In this document: positions 35,565 to 48,784 of the stretch, in pieces | Position numbering within the stretch: the first letter of the stretch is position 1 | Layout: each line of letters begins with the position of its first letter | Origin: Klebsormidium nitens | Lineage: Eukaryota; Plantae; Klebsormidiophyceae | DNA: 64,000 nt | Assembly: GCA_000708835.1 (NCBI GenBank) | Contig: DF237101.1 | Coordinates: 1-64,000 of the forward strand | Direction: 5' to 3' | Notes under the pieces: generated by a model | The model's input: the letters and a program-made list of their open reading frames with translations, nothing else | Told to the model about the DNA's origin: nothing | Database searches by the model: none | Translations under genes and position numbers: made by a program

Positions 35565-38500
35565 TGGTTCAAGGAACGGTGCGGCGGCATTGCCGCGACG
35601 GCTGTCAAGCCGCCGCGAGGCGGAGCAGGACAGACAGTTTGTAATGGAGCTGCGGCGGGTTATGGACTCCAAAAACCTGCCCAAGCTCAACGTGCCTAGC
35701 CCCGCCCAGCTCTCCGACAGGTGCAGACCTTTTCCATACGTCCGAATCCTTTCAGATTCCTCAATTTAAGTTGTCAGAGGAGCCTCATTTTGTTCAAGAT
35801 TGTCCAACTTGTAGTTCCGGTCTGAGCAGAGTGTGAAATCGTCCAGACCTCTTCAAGATTGGCGCTCTGAGGAATGAGAGCTGTCAGGCTTGCCAGACTG
35901 CTCTGATCTGAGGTCACTCAAGTACGCTTCTTTCCGTCTGTTCTATGCGCGTGCGTTCTGCACCTGATTATCCAGCTGATTCTGTCTGTATGTTTGAACA
36001 CGCCAACGTCGTTGAACAACGTTTGCAAACCGCAAGCAATGGCCAATTATGTCAACAAATCGACTTTCTATGTTGTTGATGGTCACTTCATCTTCAAATC
36101 ACACCGGTGGGAACATATCGGAGAGATGTGAGTCGCCTTACTCGATTCACGTGACGAGATATACAGCCACATTGCTTCTCCCTTGGCGGCAGTGGAGATG
36201 GTGTGAACCTGGATAAATCTGCAGACCACTAATTATCATGCAAAATGCCACGACTCAATAACAAACTCTCTTTCATGCAGGCCAGATTTAGCCAAGGGCC
36301 TTCGAACTCGCGGTCAATTCCACGTTGCCCGTCTCCTTGGCCAATACGCTGCTTCCGAGAAGTCTTCGCCCCCCTCGTCCCGTCCCCCAGGCTTTCCAAC
36401 CCCCGCACCGATTATTTCCCCCTACGACGCCCAGATCTCCCCTCCTTCTAGTTTCCAGACACCGCCTCTTCCCCCCCAGGCCAATGTTGGTCTCGCCTCC
36501 ACCCGCCAAGCAAGGACACAACCCGAAAACCCCACGATTTTGGAGCCCGGCACTCCGTTGAGACCCTCGCAAGAAAGCACGGCATCCGTCCCGCCCCCGA
36601 GCGCAAACATGGACAGCCCACCAAAGATCCCGGCGTCGATTTTCGACCAACTAGAAGCGGACGCTCAGCGAGCTCCCGCTTCCGGGGGGGAGAAGAGCGT
36701 GCGATCTGGCGCCAAGGGGTTCCCCCTGCCGTCAAGGGACCCCCAGGCGACGACGAAGGCGGTCGAGCGGCTGAGGCAGCTGGGCAGTGCGCTTGGTGAG
36801 GAAATGAGCGGTCCTAGCACTTTTTTGGGTTGAGGTTTTTGGGTTGAGGTTTTCAAGTTTGTTGGGTATTTGGGTTTGCTTTGGATGGTGTGCTTGGTTT
36901 CTGCACAGAGGGTCTGGTCAACGATCTTGTCAAACTCTCACCAACCCGAGTCGGTAGGTTAGACTTTCCCTACGGGACGTCATGCAGACATACTTCGCGG
37001 TATGACGCTCTTGATTTGGAACCATCGTCAGTCATTTCCTCAAAGCTATGATATCAGATCCAAATGCTTTCTCAGAGTGGGTCATAAACCAATAGCACTC
37101 AAAAGTCGTTAAAGAATGTCAATGTGATATCTTCACAAAGTCTATCAGAGTCTGGTGTTGTCTCTGTCGTCACTACTCATTTTCAAAGCGGCACTATTGC
37201 CCAGATTGACACAGGAATAGCGAACGCACACTTCTGCCATCTACAGGAAGCCAGGCTCCGGCTGATCCAACGGCTCAGGCAGCCTCGCTGCTGTGGTCAT
37301 CCAGGCCTATGACGTCACCCCCGAAGGCCGTGACGGCACCGGTGCCGTCGGTGACGGAGCGGGCGGCGCGCTTCCTGAAGACCGGGAAGATGGATGCTGC
37401 CGCGGTGTCGGAAGGTGGGCATAAGCTATATGTTTACGGGCGATAAGCCAGACCCGGGGAGCAATTCGCTCTGGTCGAAGTAAGATTTAGCTTTCGTTGA
37501 GCATGTTTGCTTCACAGGGGGGCTTTCCAGTTCGGTTAAGGAAGTTGTTGGGGGGATTTGATTCCACTCTTAAGCAACTAGAGCAGGAGCCTCGTCGCCC
37601 GTTATGGCCATCTCGACCAGTGTCTGAGCACATTTGATCTTTGATTGCTGCACCATCAATGCTGACATCGTTCAAAAAGCGCCCTCTCAAAAGCACAACC
37701 ATGCTGAGGATCTGGTTCCGTTCAACCCTGGTTACGTTGACGGTTATCATTGACCACTTTGATATTCTGCCAAATCCGAGTTATCCTGCTGATAAAAATT
37801 GATTCCTCTGCTACAGCCATGTTTATGATTAACCGTCCGGCAATCGACAGCCAACCACTTACGCCTTAAACCTTAATCCTCTGACACCCTGGTGAAGACA
37901 TCACCCCTGAACCCCGAAAGACGATCACCCCCTGCCTGTTGACAGATCGCGACACCTCTTGAGATCCTCCCCCATCCCTCTCTCTTTCTTTCAAGGGTAT
38001 CGAGGTTTCCCGAAGATTTCAGCAGGGTTTGCCATGCTTTGAAACTGATGCCAGCAGCCTTGACGATCGCCCAAAGCGAAAGGCCCTTTATCCTGGCAAC
38101 TTCTTCTGCAGACCGCGAACAGACGCCGGAGCTGACCGAAGAAAGCCGACGTTGGACGCTCCAATCGCTTAGAATTGAACGCGTTCCAGAAAGCGTGATC
38201 CCCATATTCCAGTTCAGGAAACAGTCCAGTTCAGGAACCCGCTAATTTTTGACCAAGCGCAGTACTTAAAGTCACGTTCAAATTGCAGTCTCGACGGGCG
38301 TGCAAAGCGAAGACATTTCCGGCGAGGTGTCTTCAGACGCTCGAACTGCGAAGGCAATTGCGGCCCAAAAAGCGGCGCTGCTGAAGGCCAAGCTGCGTCA
38401 AAGGTAAGACCGTGGAAGTTACGAACGCTGTGTAATGCTTACCGCTAGATTTGGGTGTGATTAGTGGCTGAACGGAGGGTCTTATCTACAATCTGAAAGC

Positions 38501-41500
38501 AGTTTGCTGCTTGCTGTACTGGTGGGCAATGTTGCATTGCGATTTTCTGTGGAGTTTGCGGTGAGACACTGCTGCGAGTCGACGTAGGGACAAGACCTCC
38601 CTTCCGAAACGTACTCACTCGACGGATATGGAGCTGGCTGCCGAAGGGCCGATATTAGATCCAAACAAAAACTAAACAGAGTAACTTGAATAATTCCTCT
38701 TTTGGAAACCAAGGTCCGGAAATTGAAGCGGCTGGAAGCCTTTCGTCGGACAAGCCGGCTCAAGATCTTCGCCATACTAGATCCCTGGGCCAAGGCATTC
38801 AGTCGATCAACCGTCTCGAAAAGATCCCCCACGGTCAAACCGCAACCTGAACCTCAGAACCCGTCCTCTGATATCATCAGTCCTCCGACTGTGTACAGAG
38901 GCGGCAGTCCGAACGCCGCGCCTGCCGCGCCCGCCCCACCTGCCGCGCCCGTCGCGCCCGTCGTCGGTTCTCTGCAAAGCCACAACGAGCAACTCTATCG
39001 GGAGATCCTCAGCGAACAGCAGGAACTGCAGCAGATGAGCCTGGTATAGAACCCGAATCCCTCTGACCCAACTCCCTCTCTAACCCAACCCCCTTTCTAA
39101 CCTAGTTTCCTTTTTACCCAAGTCCCTTTCTGACCGGACTTCCTCATCAATCCATTTGGGCGCTCAAAGAAAGTAGGGAGTTGTGGGCTTAGGGATGGCA
39201 GACTTAGCAGGGTCCTCGCGTCTTAGCGCGTCAATCAGAAATCATGCTGGAGGCTGGCTACATTGATACATGCACGTGAACATGTGTCGAATAAGGTCGG
39301 CTTTCCCTCAAGAAGAAGACGCAAGGTACTGTGTTGACCTTTCGTAGACGAACCGGGAGCGAGCAGTTTCAGAGCAGCCCGCGTTCTCGTATCGGCTGGC
39401 TGCTGGTGCTATTCAATCGAACTTCTCATGCGTCTGCATCTTGCTTCTTATACTCACAAGGCTTGCTGTTGGGTGTTTGAGTTAACTGTCTACAATGTGA
39501 CTCTCCCTGAGCCCGGAAGAGATACGTTCCAACAGCCTGACAAAGTAGTTGGTTCGCTTCTTCCAGTCGGAGCGGCAAGTCGAAGACGACTTCAAGGCGC
39601 AGACGTTCCAGGAGTTGAACCGCATCAAGGAAGTGCTGGTGAGGGGCAGAATGGGAGGCTGACGAGGTTTCATGAGTTTGATAGGTTGCATTCTGAAGTC
39701 TGAGACGTGAGATGCTGACCGTGTTGCGTCTTGCAAAGCCTTGCTCTCTTTTTCGTACCGCTCCTCGGCATATTGATATGCTTGTGACCCAGCTCAGGGG
39801 CAGTATATGCGAACATATTTCTGACGCTTTGAAGATGAGGCGACACGGATACTGATCGATGAGGGACCTCGGGGTTGGAACGGCTGGAAGGTCTGAGAAA
39901 TTCACTTCAAAAGGTTTGCTTCAAGTTAAGCGAACGCTAAATTACCTTACCTTCCCGGGTATCGACGGTGCCATAGAATGTCGTCATTCTTGGCTACATT
40001 TTTGGACCGTACTCAAAGCGCGGATGCAAACATCCGCTTGGCCTATAGAGCAAGGTTAAATTGTTCAATTGAGCACAAGACGTGGCGAAACGTACTCTTC
40101 AGCTATCCGGTCATTGAGAAAGTCCTCGCTTTATTAAACGCCAAGTAATTGGTTTATCAAACGGCAAGTGATTGGTCTTCTCAAAGCCACCTGCTGCTCT
40201 GTGTATATGCCCTTGAAGATTGAACCGTATCGATCTCATCATTATCCTGCATAGCTCATAAATTGTGGCGTTAATGCAGGCGAGCCGGGAGTCGGAAGTC
40301 GCCAGCATGGGGGAGGCTCTCAAGGAGGCGCGGGTAAGCTCACCAGAAATCAGACATTGTCTCATTCGAATCTTGTTCAGCCTGACCAAAACTATGTCCG
40401 TTGGTTTGCTGAGCTACCTCCTCGGCAAATTCTCGTCTAGTGTCCTTCGACGAACAAGGTCAAAATTTGACACGTGTTCTTATAAGAAAAGTGTTCACAG
40501 TGTAGAAACGTACGCAGAGTCAAAACGCAAGCCATCAATGAGCTTGATCCGCGGCAGATGCTTGCTCGCTAAACGCCGCCTGTCTCGAGATCCTAAGGGT
40601 GCTACTAACTGGTTGTTGTTGTCGAAATTCGTCGATATCAAAGCGGCCGCTCTTTCCAATCTGCATACAGTTAGATAACAACTTTGGGCGAATGCTTGGT
40701 CCTGTTCATTCATGCGGCTTCTGGTACTACGTTATCTTGCCGTGCTTTCCATTTGGCAGCCCTCTACATATCCAGAAACAGTGGCCCCGGAGTCAAATGC
40801 TGTAAGGCAGCCTCACAATCTCCGTTCAAACCTGGCAAGAAACCCGATAATCATGTTCACTTCACTTGTACCACCACCCCAGTTTTGAACGCAGATTCGC
40901 CAACAGAGCCATCCATCCCCGCTGAAATCCTCCGTTTACGCAATATTTCAATAATATGTTGTATAATGATTATGATTTTGAGATAATGATTCTGATGATA
41001 TTTCGCAATAAGATCCTTCAACACTCTGGAGACCCTTCTTACAGGCCCAGTTGAATCTGCTGCGCGCCAAGTCTGCGGCCGAGCTCTCCCAGGCGCGCCA
41101 GGAGATGATCGAGCTGCAAACGCGGCTGCGCTCCACTGAGAAAGCGCTCGAGGGCCTCAAGCAGGTGAAGAACTCTTTGCTTTTGCGGTTTTAGTCTCCG
41201 GATATCGCGGGGCGAAGCTTGTGATTGTTGAAGAACGAAAGGGAAAACCTTTGAATGGCCTTAACGCGGCTGCGGTCCGCCGAGAAAGCGCTCGAGGGCC
41301 TCAGGCAGGTGAGAAACTTTGTGCTTTTGTGGTTTTGGTCTCCGGATCTCGCGGTTCGCAACCCTGTGATTGTTGAAAAAGAAAGGGGGAAACTTTAAGA
41401 CGCCTTTGATCCGTTGAAAAATGAAAGGGGGAAGCTTTAGCAGGCGTTGACACGGTTGCGGTCCGCTGAAAGCGCTCGAGGGTCTCAAACAGGTAAGTGC

Positions 41501-43049
41501 CTTTTACGTTTTCCCGCCCTTTCGAGGTTTTTGACCTCTGGGTTGTGCCGGTTGCGGCTTGAATCGTTGAGAATACAGAAGGGGAAAACTTCATGAGGTC
41601 CGTAGCGCGTCTGCCTTTCGCCAGATAAGCGTTAATGGTCCTTGTGAGGGCCGTGAAGGGTTTCCCCCTTGTAGCAACTTTTTAGTTCTCCGGTGTCTTT
41701 TTAAGGCGTCTGTTTGCCTGCCCGGACGGGTGGGTTACTTTGGGCGTAAAGGGCGGGTATGCGGTGCGGCGCGGGATTTCCAGAAAGTAAGGATTCTGAT
41801 GTTGGGTTACGAGCTTACTATTCCTAATGCTTTTCAAGCCAGAGTGAAGGTTCGTCACGAAAGGACCCAATTTCGCCACTCTTGATTCTTGACGCGCGGA
41901 CCGTTTGGTTGGATCTCCACGTCTAAAACTCTAAAATCGTAAACCCCTCAGATCCTAAACTCCTAAAATCCTGGATTCTTTACCGACACAGGTGCGAGTC
42001 GAGTACTGGGGCGTAGGGGACGTCGTCCAGCTGGCGGGCTCCTTCAACGGGTGGAACGAGCACTTTACACTGGAGCCGGACTTGAGCACCGAGATCCCTC
42101 CCCCAGGGGGCGGCCGCGGACCCATGGTCTTTGCGTGCGAGCTGCGGCTGTACCCGGGAGAATATGAGGTGGGGGGGAAAGATGTTTTCTTGAAGAACAT
42201 CAGGAAAGAGCGGTCCGCGCATTTTCTTTTTACCACCTTTGAGAAAAGTGTTATGGTTAGTTGAAGGCCTTGATGTTCTAGGGACTTAAGTACGGGGATC
42301 CCCAGGGGGGCGGCTGGGGACCCATGGTGATTGCGTGCGAGCTGCGGCCATACCCGGAAGCCCATGAGGTGGAAAATCCTGTTTTGGGGAGGAGTACATC
42401 CCTCTCTGCAGTATCCTTGCAAACCTGTGCGGGTCATCGTCAGGGGTTGAGAGAGCATCGGGCTGAATACACCTGGGGAAAACAGAGTACATTCTCCACA
42501 AAAGTCTGAGCTTCTTTGCACTTTTGACTGGGCGTCAGGGAGGGGCGGTGACGCCGTGTAGAACGTTGCCCTTTTGTCTAGGTCGGAAGATGGTTTCAGG
42601 GACGAAGAGCCGGTTAGGTCGCCGGAAGTTATCGAGAGAGCGTTCTGTTCTCAGCTCACGCTAGCTTACGCTACTCTACGAACCGGCATCCCTTACCAAT
42701 ACTGAAGTGGTGTCTGAGGGACACCTTCGCACCGCCGAGAGGTAGATCGTCGATTACTTGGCTTGGACCGTCTGATTCGTCTGGCTGTGAGAACGGCTCG
42801 AGATCGGGGCCATAATGGAGGATGCAGCTTGTCTGTGCGATCGGGTCAACTTGACATGCTGTGCGAACACGTGTTCAGACAAGCTTTGAAACATGGGAGA
42901 TTTTGTCTTTAACCGTTGGCCGTCCGTCTAACCGCTCGTCTTGTGTCTGCCAGGTCAAGTTCATTGTGGATGGCGTCTGGCAGATCGACTCACGACGAGA
43001 GATTGTCTTCAAAGGGATGAACCAGAACAACCTACTGAGAGTGGAGTAA
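35565..43049 (+). CDS. PTST2: PROTEIN TARGETING TO STARCH 2 / FLO6-like (coiled coil plus C-terminal CBM48); 5' exon(s) not resolved
   Basis: Exons 35565-35720, 36281-36795, 37247-37414, 38289-38403, 38899-39043, 39567-39638, 40280-40333, 41045-41164, 41992-42168, 42954-43049; phases close. Features: PTST2-type VPSPAQLSDRPDLAKGLRTRG, ERAARFLKTGKMD, a coiled coil, and CBM48 (VQLAGSFNGW, LYPGEYEVKFIVDGVW). Confidence 0.85.
39050..39145. repeat. Degenerate 17-18-bp minisatellite just downstream of a donor
   Basis: About 5 units of CYCTYTCTRACCCAACT. Confidence 0.6.
41165..41500 (+). repeat. Donor echo array of PTST2 coiled-coil exon (2 copies)
   Basis: ACGCGGCTGCGGTCCGCCGAGAAAGCGCTCGAGGGCCTCAGGCAG|GTGAG (about 41264) and ACACGGTTGCGGTCCGCTGAAAGCGCTCGAGGGTCTCAAACAG|GTAAG (about 41451), versus the real end at 41164. 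Confidence 0.92.
42169..42370 (+). repeat. Donor echo of PTST2 CBM48 exon (1 copy)
   Basis: CCCAGGGGGGCGGCTGGGGACCCATGGTGATTGCGTGCGAGCTGCGGCCATACCCGGAAGCCCATGAG|GTGG (about 42301-42368), versus the real exon end at 42168. Confidence 0.9.
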
Positions 43050-44562
43050 AGTGGGCTTCGCATATCAGTACCCTGCGGCGGTTAAACGTAAACCGTGCAG
43101 AGCGCCTTAGGAAGCAAGTGCTAAATCGGGGCCGTGTTAACTTCGAGGTTTGTCGTTGACCGGAAAGGATGAGAGCTCGTGTGCTCGAATCGACACAATG
43201 GGGTGGAGTCAATCTTTTACAAAATTCAAAGGTACACGTGTTAAGTTCTGCTTTAGCTGATGCAACAGTGTGCATTCGTGTACGTGGACCAATATGTAGA
43301 GGTCGGAGCTAGGTTTGAGCAGTCTTCGGTTTATGTTTGACTTCAGGACGCTGTTAAGGGGTTATTACGACAGCCGAAGGCCGTGTCTTTGATGAGCCGG
43401 AAGGGCAAGCAGGGTCGGTGTCGTTGCATTTGATAAATTACAGCAGTCATAAGTTTGCATTATCAAAGTATTTGATTGCCCTGGCGCGGCTGCACCGTTC
43501 AATGGTCAGCCCGCTAGGTTGGCCAAATCTATACGATCCGTAGCTATTATCTGCGAAAACCACTTTTCCGCCAGAGCCGTTTACGACCGGCGTGCGTGCG
43601 TGATGTGCGTAACATGGCTACTTTATGATGAAGCATATGTCAATTACAGATCCGACGGTCTCATCTGGCAACCATGGTGCAGGTCGACATGTAAGGTAGT
43701 AGATGGACTGAGCCGCAATCCGTGAACCACCGGCCTAGCGCCATTTTGAGTGGCAGACATAGTTACATATATGCTCGCAATGCATGAAGAAACGAACCAG
43801 CAGGAACCAATCAAATGGCCCTATTCTACAAGCTGGTATATATGGTATATTTGCTCGCTGCCATGGGTGCTTGCATGCAACGTCATGTATCATTACTTTT
43901 CCACATACGATCCTCCCGGTGCCCCTATAGTACTGATATCATATATGAAGTTGAATTCCAGAAGACGTGTACGTACTAACGCGTGAACACAGCTATCGTA
44001 CTCAGTGAGCATGCATGCAACCCATGTCCGTTAGTAATGAACCTTATCGAAGCGGCGAGTTCCATGCATGCATGATGCTTAGTGTGTGCATCAGGCTGGG
44101 ATGACGGTTGCATGGCCTGAATGACAAGTTGTGTTGCCGCATACATACATGATATGCATGAGCGATGGTCTGATAGAGGTTAGACGGTCACACTTAGGCA
44201 GATGTACTTGCAATATAAGCACCAATTCACTTGTTCACGGAGGAGCGGGCCCGGGAGCTCAAATCTTGCAAAGATCACCTCGCATGTAGTAACAAGTCCA
44301 CTTCGCAAAGGAGGTCAGGTTATGAATTGTGATTAGCACGCACCCGACACGTAAGTCAGCTTCCAAGCGTCAATCTAGAGTGCGCAACGAAGAATTTGCT
44401 ATTCTTTGAACATGCTTCAGTCAGCTGGCTAGTTAGCTGGCCAGTTTCTGTGCGTGTATCGAATCAAGTTTCTCAGAAGGTCAACTGCCTTCATTCAGAT
44501 CACGCGCAATGTAGCCTCAGTGCAGAGTTAAGAAACACACCAAGTCCCGCCGAGTCCCCTTC

Positions 44563-47500
44563 TCAGAGCTCCGCCGACTTGGCTTCATCCTTCTTACCCT
44601 GCAACGACGACACCCAATCACTGATATACTCCCCCACTTGACCCGCCTTCTCCCCAATCACTTCTGCTGCCTGGTGCGCCTGCTTCGTCAGCGCATCCGC
44701 TGCGCTTTTCCCGACTTCTACGGCAGAGTCAAGGGCCTCCTTGGCTTTCGACGACGCGGTATCGAACACCTCCTTCGCCGAGTCGGTCAGGTCCGCTAGC
44801 GTCGAACCGCTGGCCGCGTCCTTAGGTGCGCTTTTGGCGTCCTCGGCGCTCTTCTTGTCGAACTTCAAGCCGTTCTTTGCGTCGTCCTCGGCAAAGTGCT
44901 CCTTCATGGGCTGAAAAAAACAAATTGCAATGGCTCAGATTCTCCGGCACGACAGCTGGGCGGCTTAAAGCGGCTTAAAATCTGTAGACTTTTCAGATGC
45001 GTGTGGCCAGAAGACGCAGGTTCGTGCTTTTCCAGCGCTTTGATACAGGGTACTGAGCCCTGACGCTCAGCGACTGCAAAGCCCACACCGCAACCAGGTG
45101 GTCAAATCTGCGGCGACGGTGACGCTGCATTTGCTTATTTAGCGGACGCAAAGAAGCCACGTTAAGGTACGCCCTGTCACACTCTGTACCGTCGAAGAGC
45201 TGAAACTATCAGAATTCCGAACCACTTTCGGTCCAAGTCAGGAGGCTTGTTGTTTGGAATAAGGAAAGTCCACGGCTAGCCAAAACTGTAAACATGTGAT
45301 TCCTAAATGCTCAGCTTGATTAAGTTTGAATCATGTCAACATCGAGTTATCCCGGGTTGCTTCAAGGACTTCGTAGTACCCGACCTTCTTCTTGTGACCT
45401 GCCGAAAACTTACACTTCGGGAGGATATTGGAGAGCTGTACTAGCGCAACGTGCAAGTATCAGAATCAAGTAATACGCCAGAAATGAGAAGACTGTCCAA
45501 GTAATCCTGCAAATCGGTGAGCAGCCGAGAAAAAACGCTCACCGACGTGAAGTCTTCATCCTCGTCGTCATCCTCATCATCGTCGTCCCCGGCCCCCATG
45601 CCCATCTTCTTCATCATCTCGTCACGCTTAAACATCTCCATGCCGCCGCCCATGCCGCCCATGCCCTGCAGGGAAATAAAAACGCCGCTCTAGTTCTCCG
45701 AAAGCACGGTGTGGCCACGTTGGTCAAGCGCGAACAGCTGTTCCCGAGATGTCGGCCCAACTACTTTATTTGAGAACAATCTGAATCCGTTGCAGCGACC
45801 GATAATTGAACCGTTTGCAGAGCGTGCACGCGCTTTTGAAACGGTGACGAACAAATGACTTCTGAAACGGTTTGTCCTCTGCACCGTACACAACTCTTGA
45901 AGGTTGCGCCCCAGGAACCGACGGCTGGCCGCTTTTTAACGTACTCGGCAGATTATCCAAGCCCACATGCGTTGGGGCGCCAAGGACTGTCCTACAGCCC
46001 TTCCAAAAGACGAGGCACTTTCAGACCCGCAACTCAGAGCCCATAATAAAGATAAGGATCGAGGCATAGATACCGGCCTGCACCGAACCAGCCTAACGTC
46101 GCCCTATAAGTGAGATAAGAATGCAAGTTTCTCAACCACATATCTGATGGATAAAATCATGGACGGCCTTCCTTAAAGAGGGCGTCAGGGGACCGGTCCC
46201 CCCTCCGGCGACCAGATAGCGCGCCATATTGCACACTTGGTCGCTGAGGGGGACTTTCACGATTGGATCTGGGCCGTCAGATGAAATTTACCCTCAGGAC
46301 TCAGATGCACGAGTGTACTTTGAAATCTGACGCCCCCTTTAATTTTAGAGCACCTTTTCTTGCAGAGCAACAACCAGTATCCCACTCGGAACTGCTCGCA
46401 AAGTGTCCGTGCAGACCACTCGTCACGTTCGAGAGACGTTCGAGACACCCTCAGCACACGCGGATAAAAGTCTCAGTCAAAAGGATAATTGGAGTCTCAA
46501 AGGTGGAAGCAGGACAGGTTGACTAATAGAAATTGATGGACTCGAACAGGTTGATTCAGAAGTACGTTGCAGCGTACCTGCATTTCTTGCATCAGCCGCT
46601 CCACCTCCAAGTCTTTGGAGTCCTTCGGTTGGAACTCCTCCCCAGCTGGCCGGTCCTGCAAGAAGGAACGTTGATTTCAAGCAAGTTCTGGAGTATCTCC
46701 AAAAACTGTATCTCTCACTTCTCACCGAACTTTCCTGACCAAGGTAATTGCAAGTACAGGCTGTCAGGGTTTGCCGATGTCTTGTTCGTACGCACGCAGA
46801 CCTTTCTGATGCGCACCAATCTCGCGCAAGTGTAAATACCATCTCAACCACAACTGTCTTCGGGTGCGTCTTAATCGTCTTCGTTCGCGCACGATAGGAA
46901 CTCTCTGACTTGCAGACAACGTCGTAAAGGTGGACAATGCTTGCCTTCGGGACCGGCGGTGGTTTGCGTTTACAGGCCCCGCTGAGCTCGTAGCACAGCA
47001 GCTTAGAAAGCTGCGCCCGCTTTGTTGACTCCCTGAACAGGGCCTCCGCAACGTCCGTGTCTGAGTCTCCGATGACCTACAAATGAAGGTTCTTGCCTTT
47101 AGCTTTCACCATTAGGATGTGAATCAAACCCACACGATATGCTCGTCTGGCTTCACGGCCAAATGATCCACCTGATCGCTTAGCGCTGACTAAGCTCCTT
47201 TTCTCCAGTGCCCCCATTCACTTGTTTCAAAGCAGGTAATATAAAGAGTGGGTTCACCGGAAGGAATCTGCAAATCCAAGGTGAGCAAATTGAAAAGCCT
47301 AAATGCCACAGTAGCAGACCGTAAACAAACGGAATCGATCAGGGTCATGTGTACACCACCCGGGCCATAGTCGTAAGCTTCCCCTACTTGGATCTGCTAA
47401 TTTCGGCGCGACTTTTAGAACTCAACAGGCAATTGCGGGAGAATGCAGTCATTGGTAAGCCTCTCGACGTTATCCTGTGAGGTGGCCAACACAGACTCAT

Positions 47501-48784
47501 TTCTAATGGCATGCTGACTGGGGCAGATTGTCTGGTAGCATATTGGTGTGCAAACATTGCTAAAGAGGACTGAGCGCCGCCCTGATTGTACTCGTGCAAG
47601 AGCACTCCCTTGTAAAAATGGCCGGAGACCTCACCTCCTCGCAGGCCCTCGCTATCGTTCGACACTCCGTACCGCACTCGCCCACTGCTTCTTGCTCCAC
47701 TAACTGTTGCATCAAAGGTTATGCACAAGCATAAGAAGTCATGCAGTCAAGTGTTGAGCGCGCCTTGCGCACATACATACATCTCCGCTGCTTTGAAAGC
47801 GTGTTGACAGCATTTAATAACAGAGCCGATAATATGTAGGTCAAGATGCTTGACTGCTAAGTTCCAATCTCTTGTCCTTCAGCATTACTCCTTGCCATCA
47901 AGCAGACTTTTGATCAACGAAGGAGTGAGAAGCGGGCATTATAATACCTTTAAGTCAAGAGGCAACCAGGTGGAAAACTAGAATTCTTTCGTTTCTAAAC
48001 TCTTAAGCAGTAGCCACTTACTTTCAATTTCGTCCCGTCCTCCACAATGTCCTGCTTCGCAATCCACTCCCCTTCTAACCGGTCCGGGTTGCAGATCTTC
48101 TCAACAATCTCAATGATTGAGTACTCAGATAGTTTCTGCATCTCAGGTGCGAAGGCAGATTCAGGCACCACCAAAATAGCCGTTATGCTGATAATTGCTG
48201 AATCTCATGCGTGAATACAACTGCAGAAAAGCTCCGATCGGGGCTACTGAACAATGGCGAGGATCAGAGGATTCGAGGACCGTGATATAAAGAACAGATT
48301 CACACCAGGGAATGGTCTGATTTTGAAAGGTTTGTTGTACCACCAACAATCAACATCTGCACACTACTTTCGTGTGCTCCACAAAATCAACACAGACAGG
48401 TCTTTGCAGATACAATTTGGCGAGCTGGAAAGCAACACGCAGCTGACTTGTCCTTGTTGCGCACAGCCAATTTGTCTTTATTGCACAGCTCAAGTTGGTA
48501 AGCACGACAATACAATAATGTCCACTACTCCAACGAAGTGCATTGATGCAAACGAATGAGGCCACACGGGGATGTCAATTCACCTTTGGAGCAGTGGCCT
48601 CTCGTTGCTTCTTTACGTCCTTTAGAAGGTTCTTCGCCATGAGCTCACAGACATCACACCGGATATACTTAACATCGCTCTTGTTTGCCGGCGCTGTCTT
48701 CTTGGCAGATAAGACAACGAGCGGCGATGCACAGAGGAGGATATAAACGAGCACAGATGAAAGCAGGAGCCTTTTGGCCGCCAT
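44563..48784 (-). CDS. Canopy/MSAP (DUF3456, saposin-like) ER protein (7 exons, about 354 aa)
   Basis: Exons 48784-48584, 48135-48022, 47703-47635, 47076-46945 (GC donor), 46655-46578, 45665-45543, 44910-44563; all phase 0. Signal peptide, CDVC, ICNP, CGTECRTIARAC and LLC...AC cysteine pattern, acidic tract, and C-terminal KSAEL resembling an ER-retention signal. Confidence 0.85.

Noticed and set aside
38039-38245. Possible extra PTST2 exon (DREQTPELTEE...)
   Set aside because: It has an acceptor but no suitable donor before the stop, and the model closes without it.
41920-41975. CCTAAA-like degenerate repeats as an interstitial telomere
   Set aside because: Too short and degenerate; more likely intron low-complexity sequence near a branch point.
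46186-46256. GGGGACCGGTCCCC palindrome and adjacent hairpin (similar GC hairpins at about 54378-54420) as Helitron-like ends
   Set aside because: No diagnostic CTRR terminus, matching 5' end or second copy in the window.
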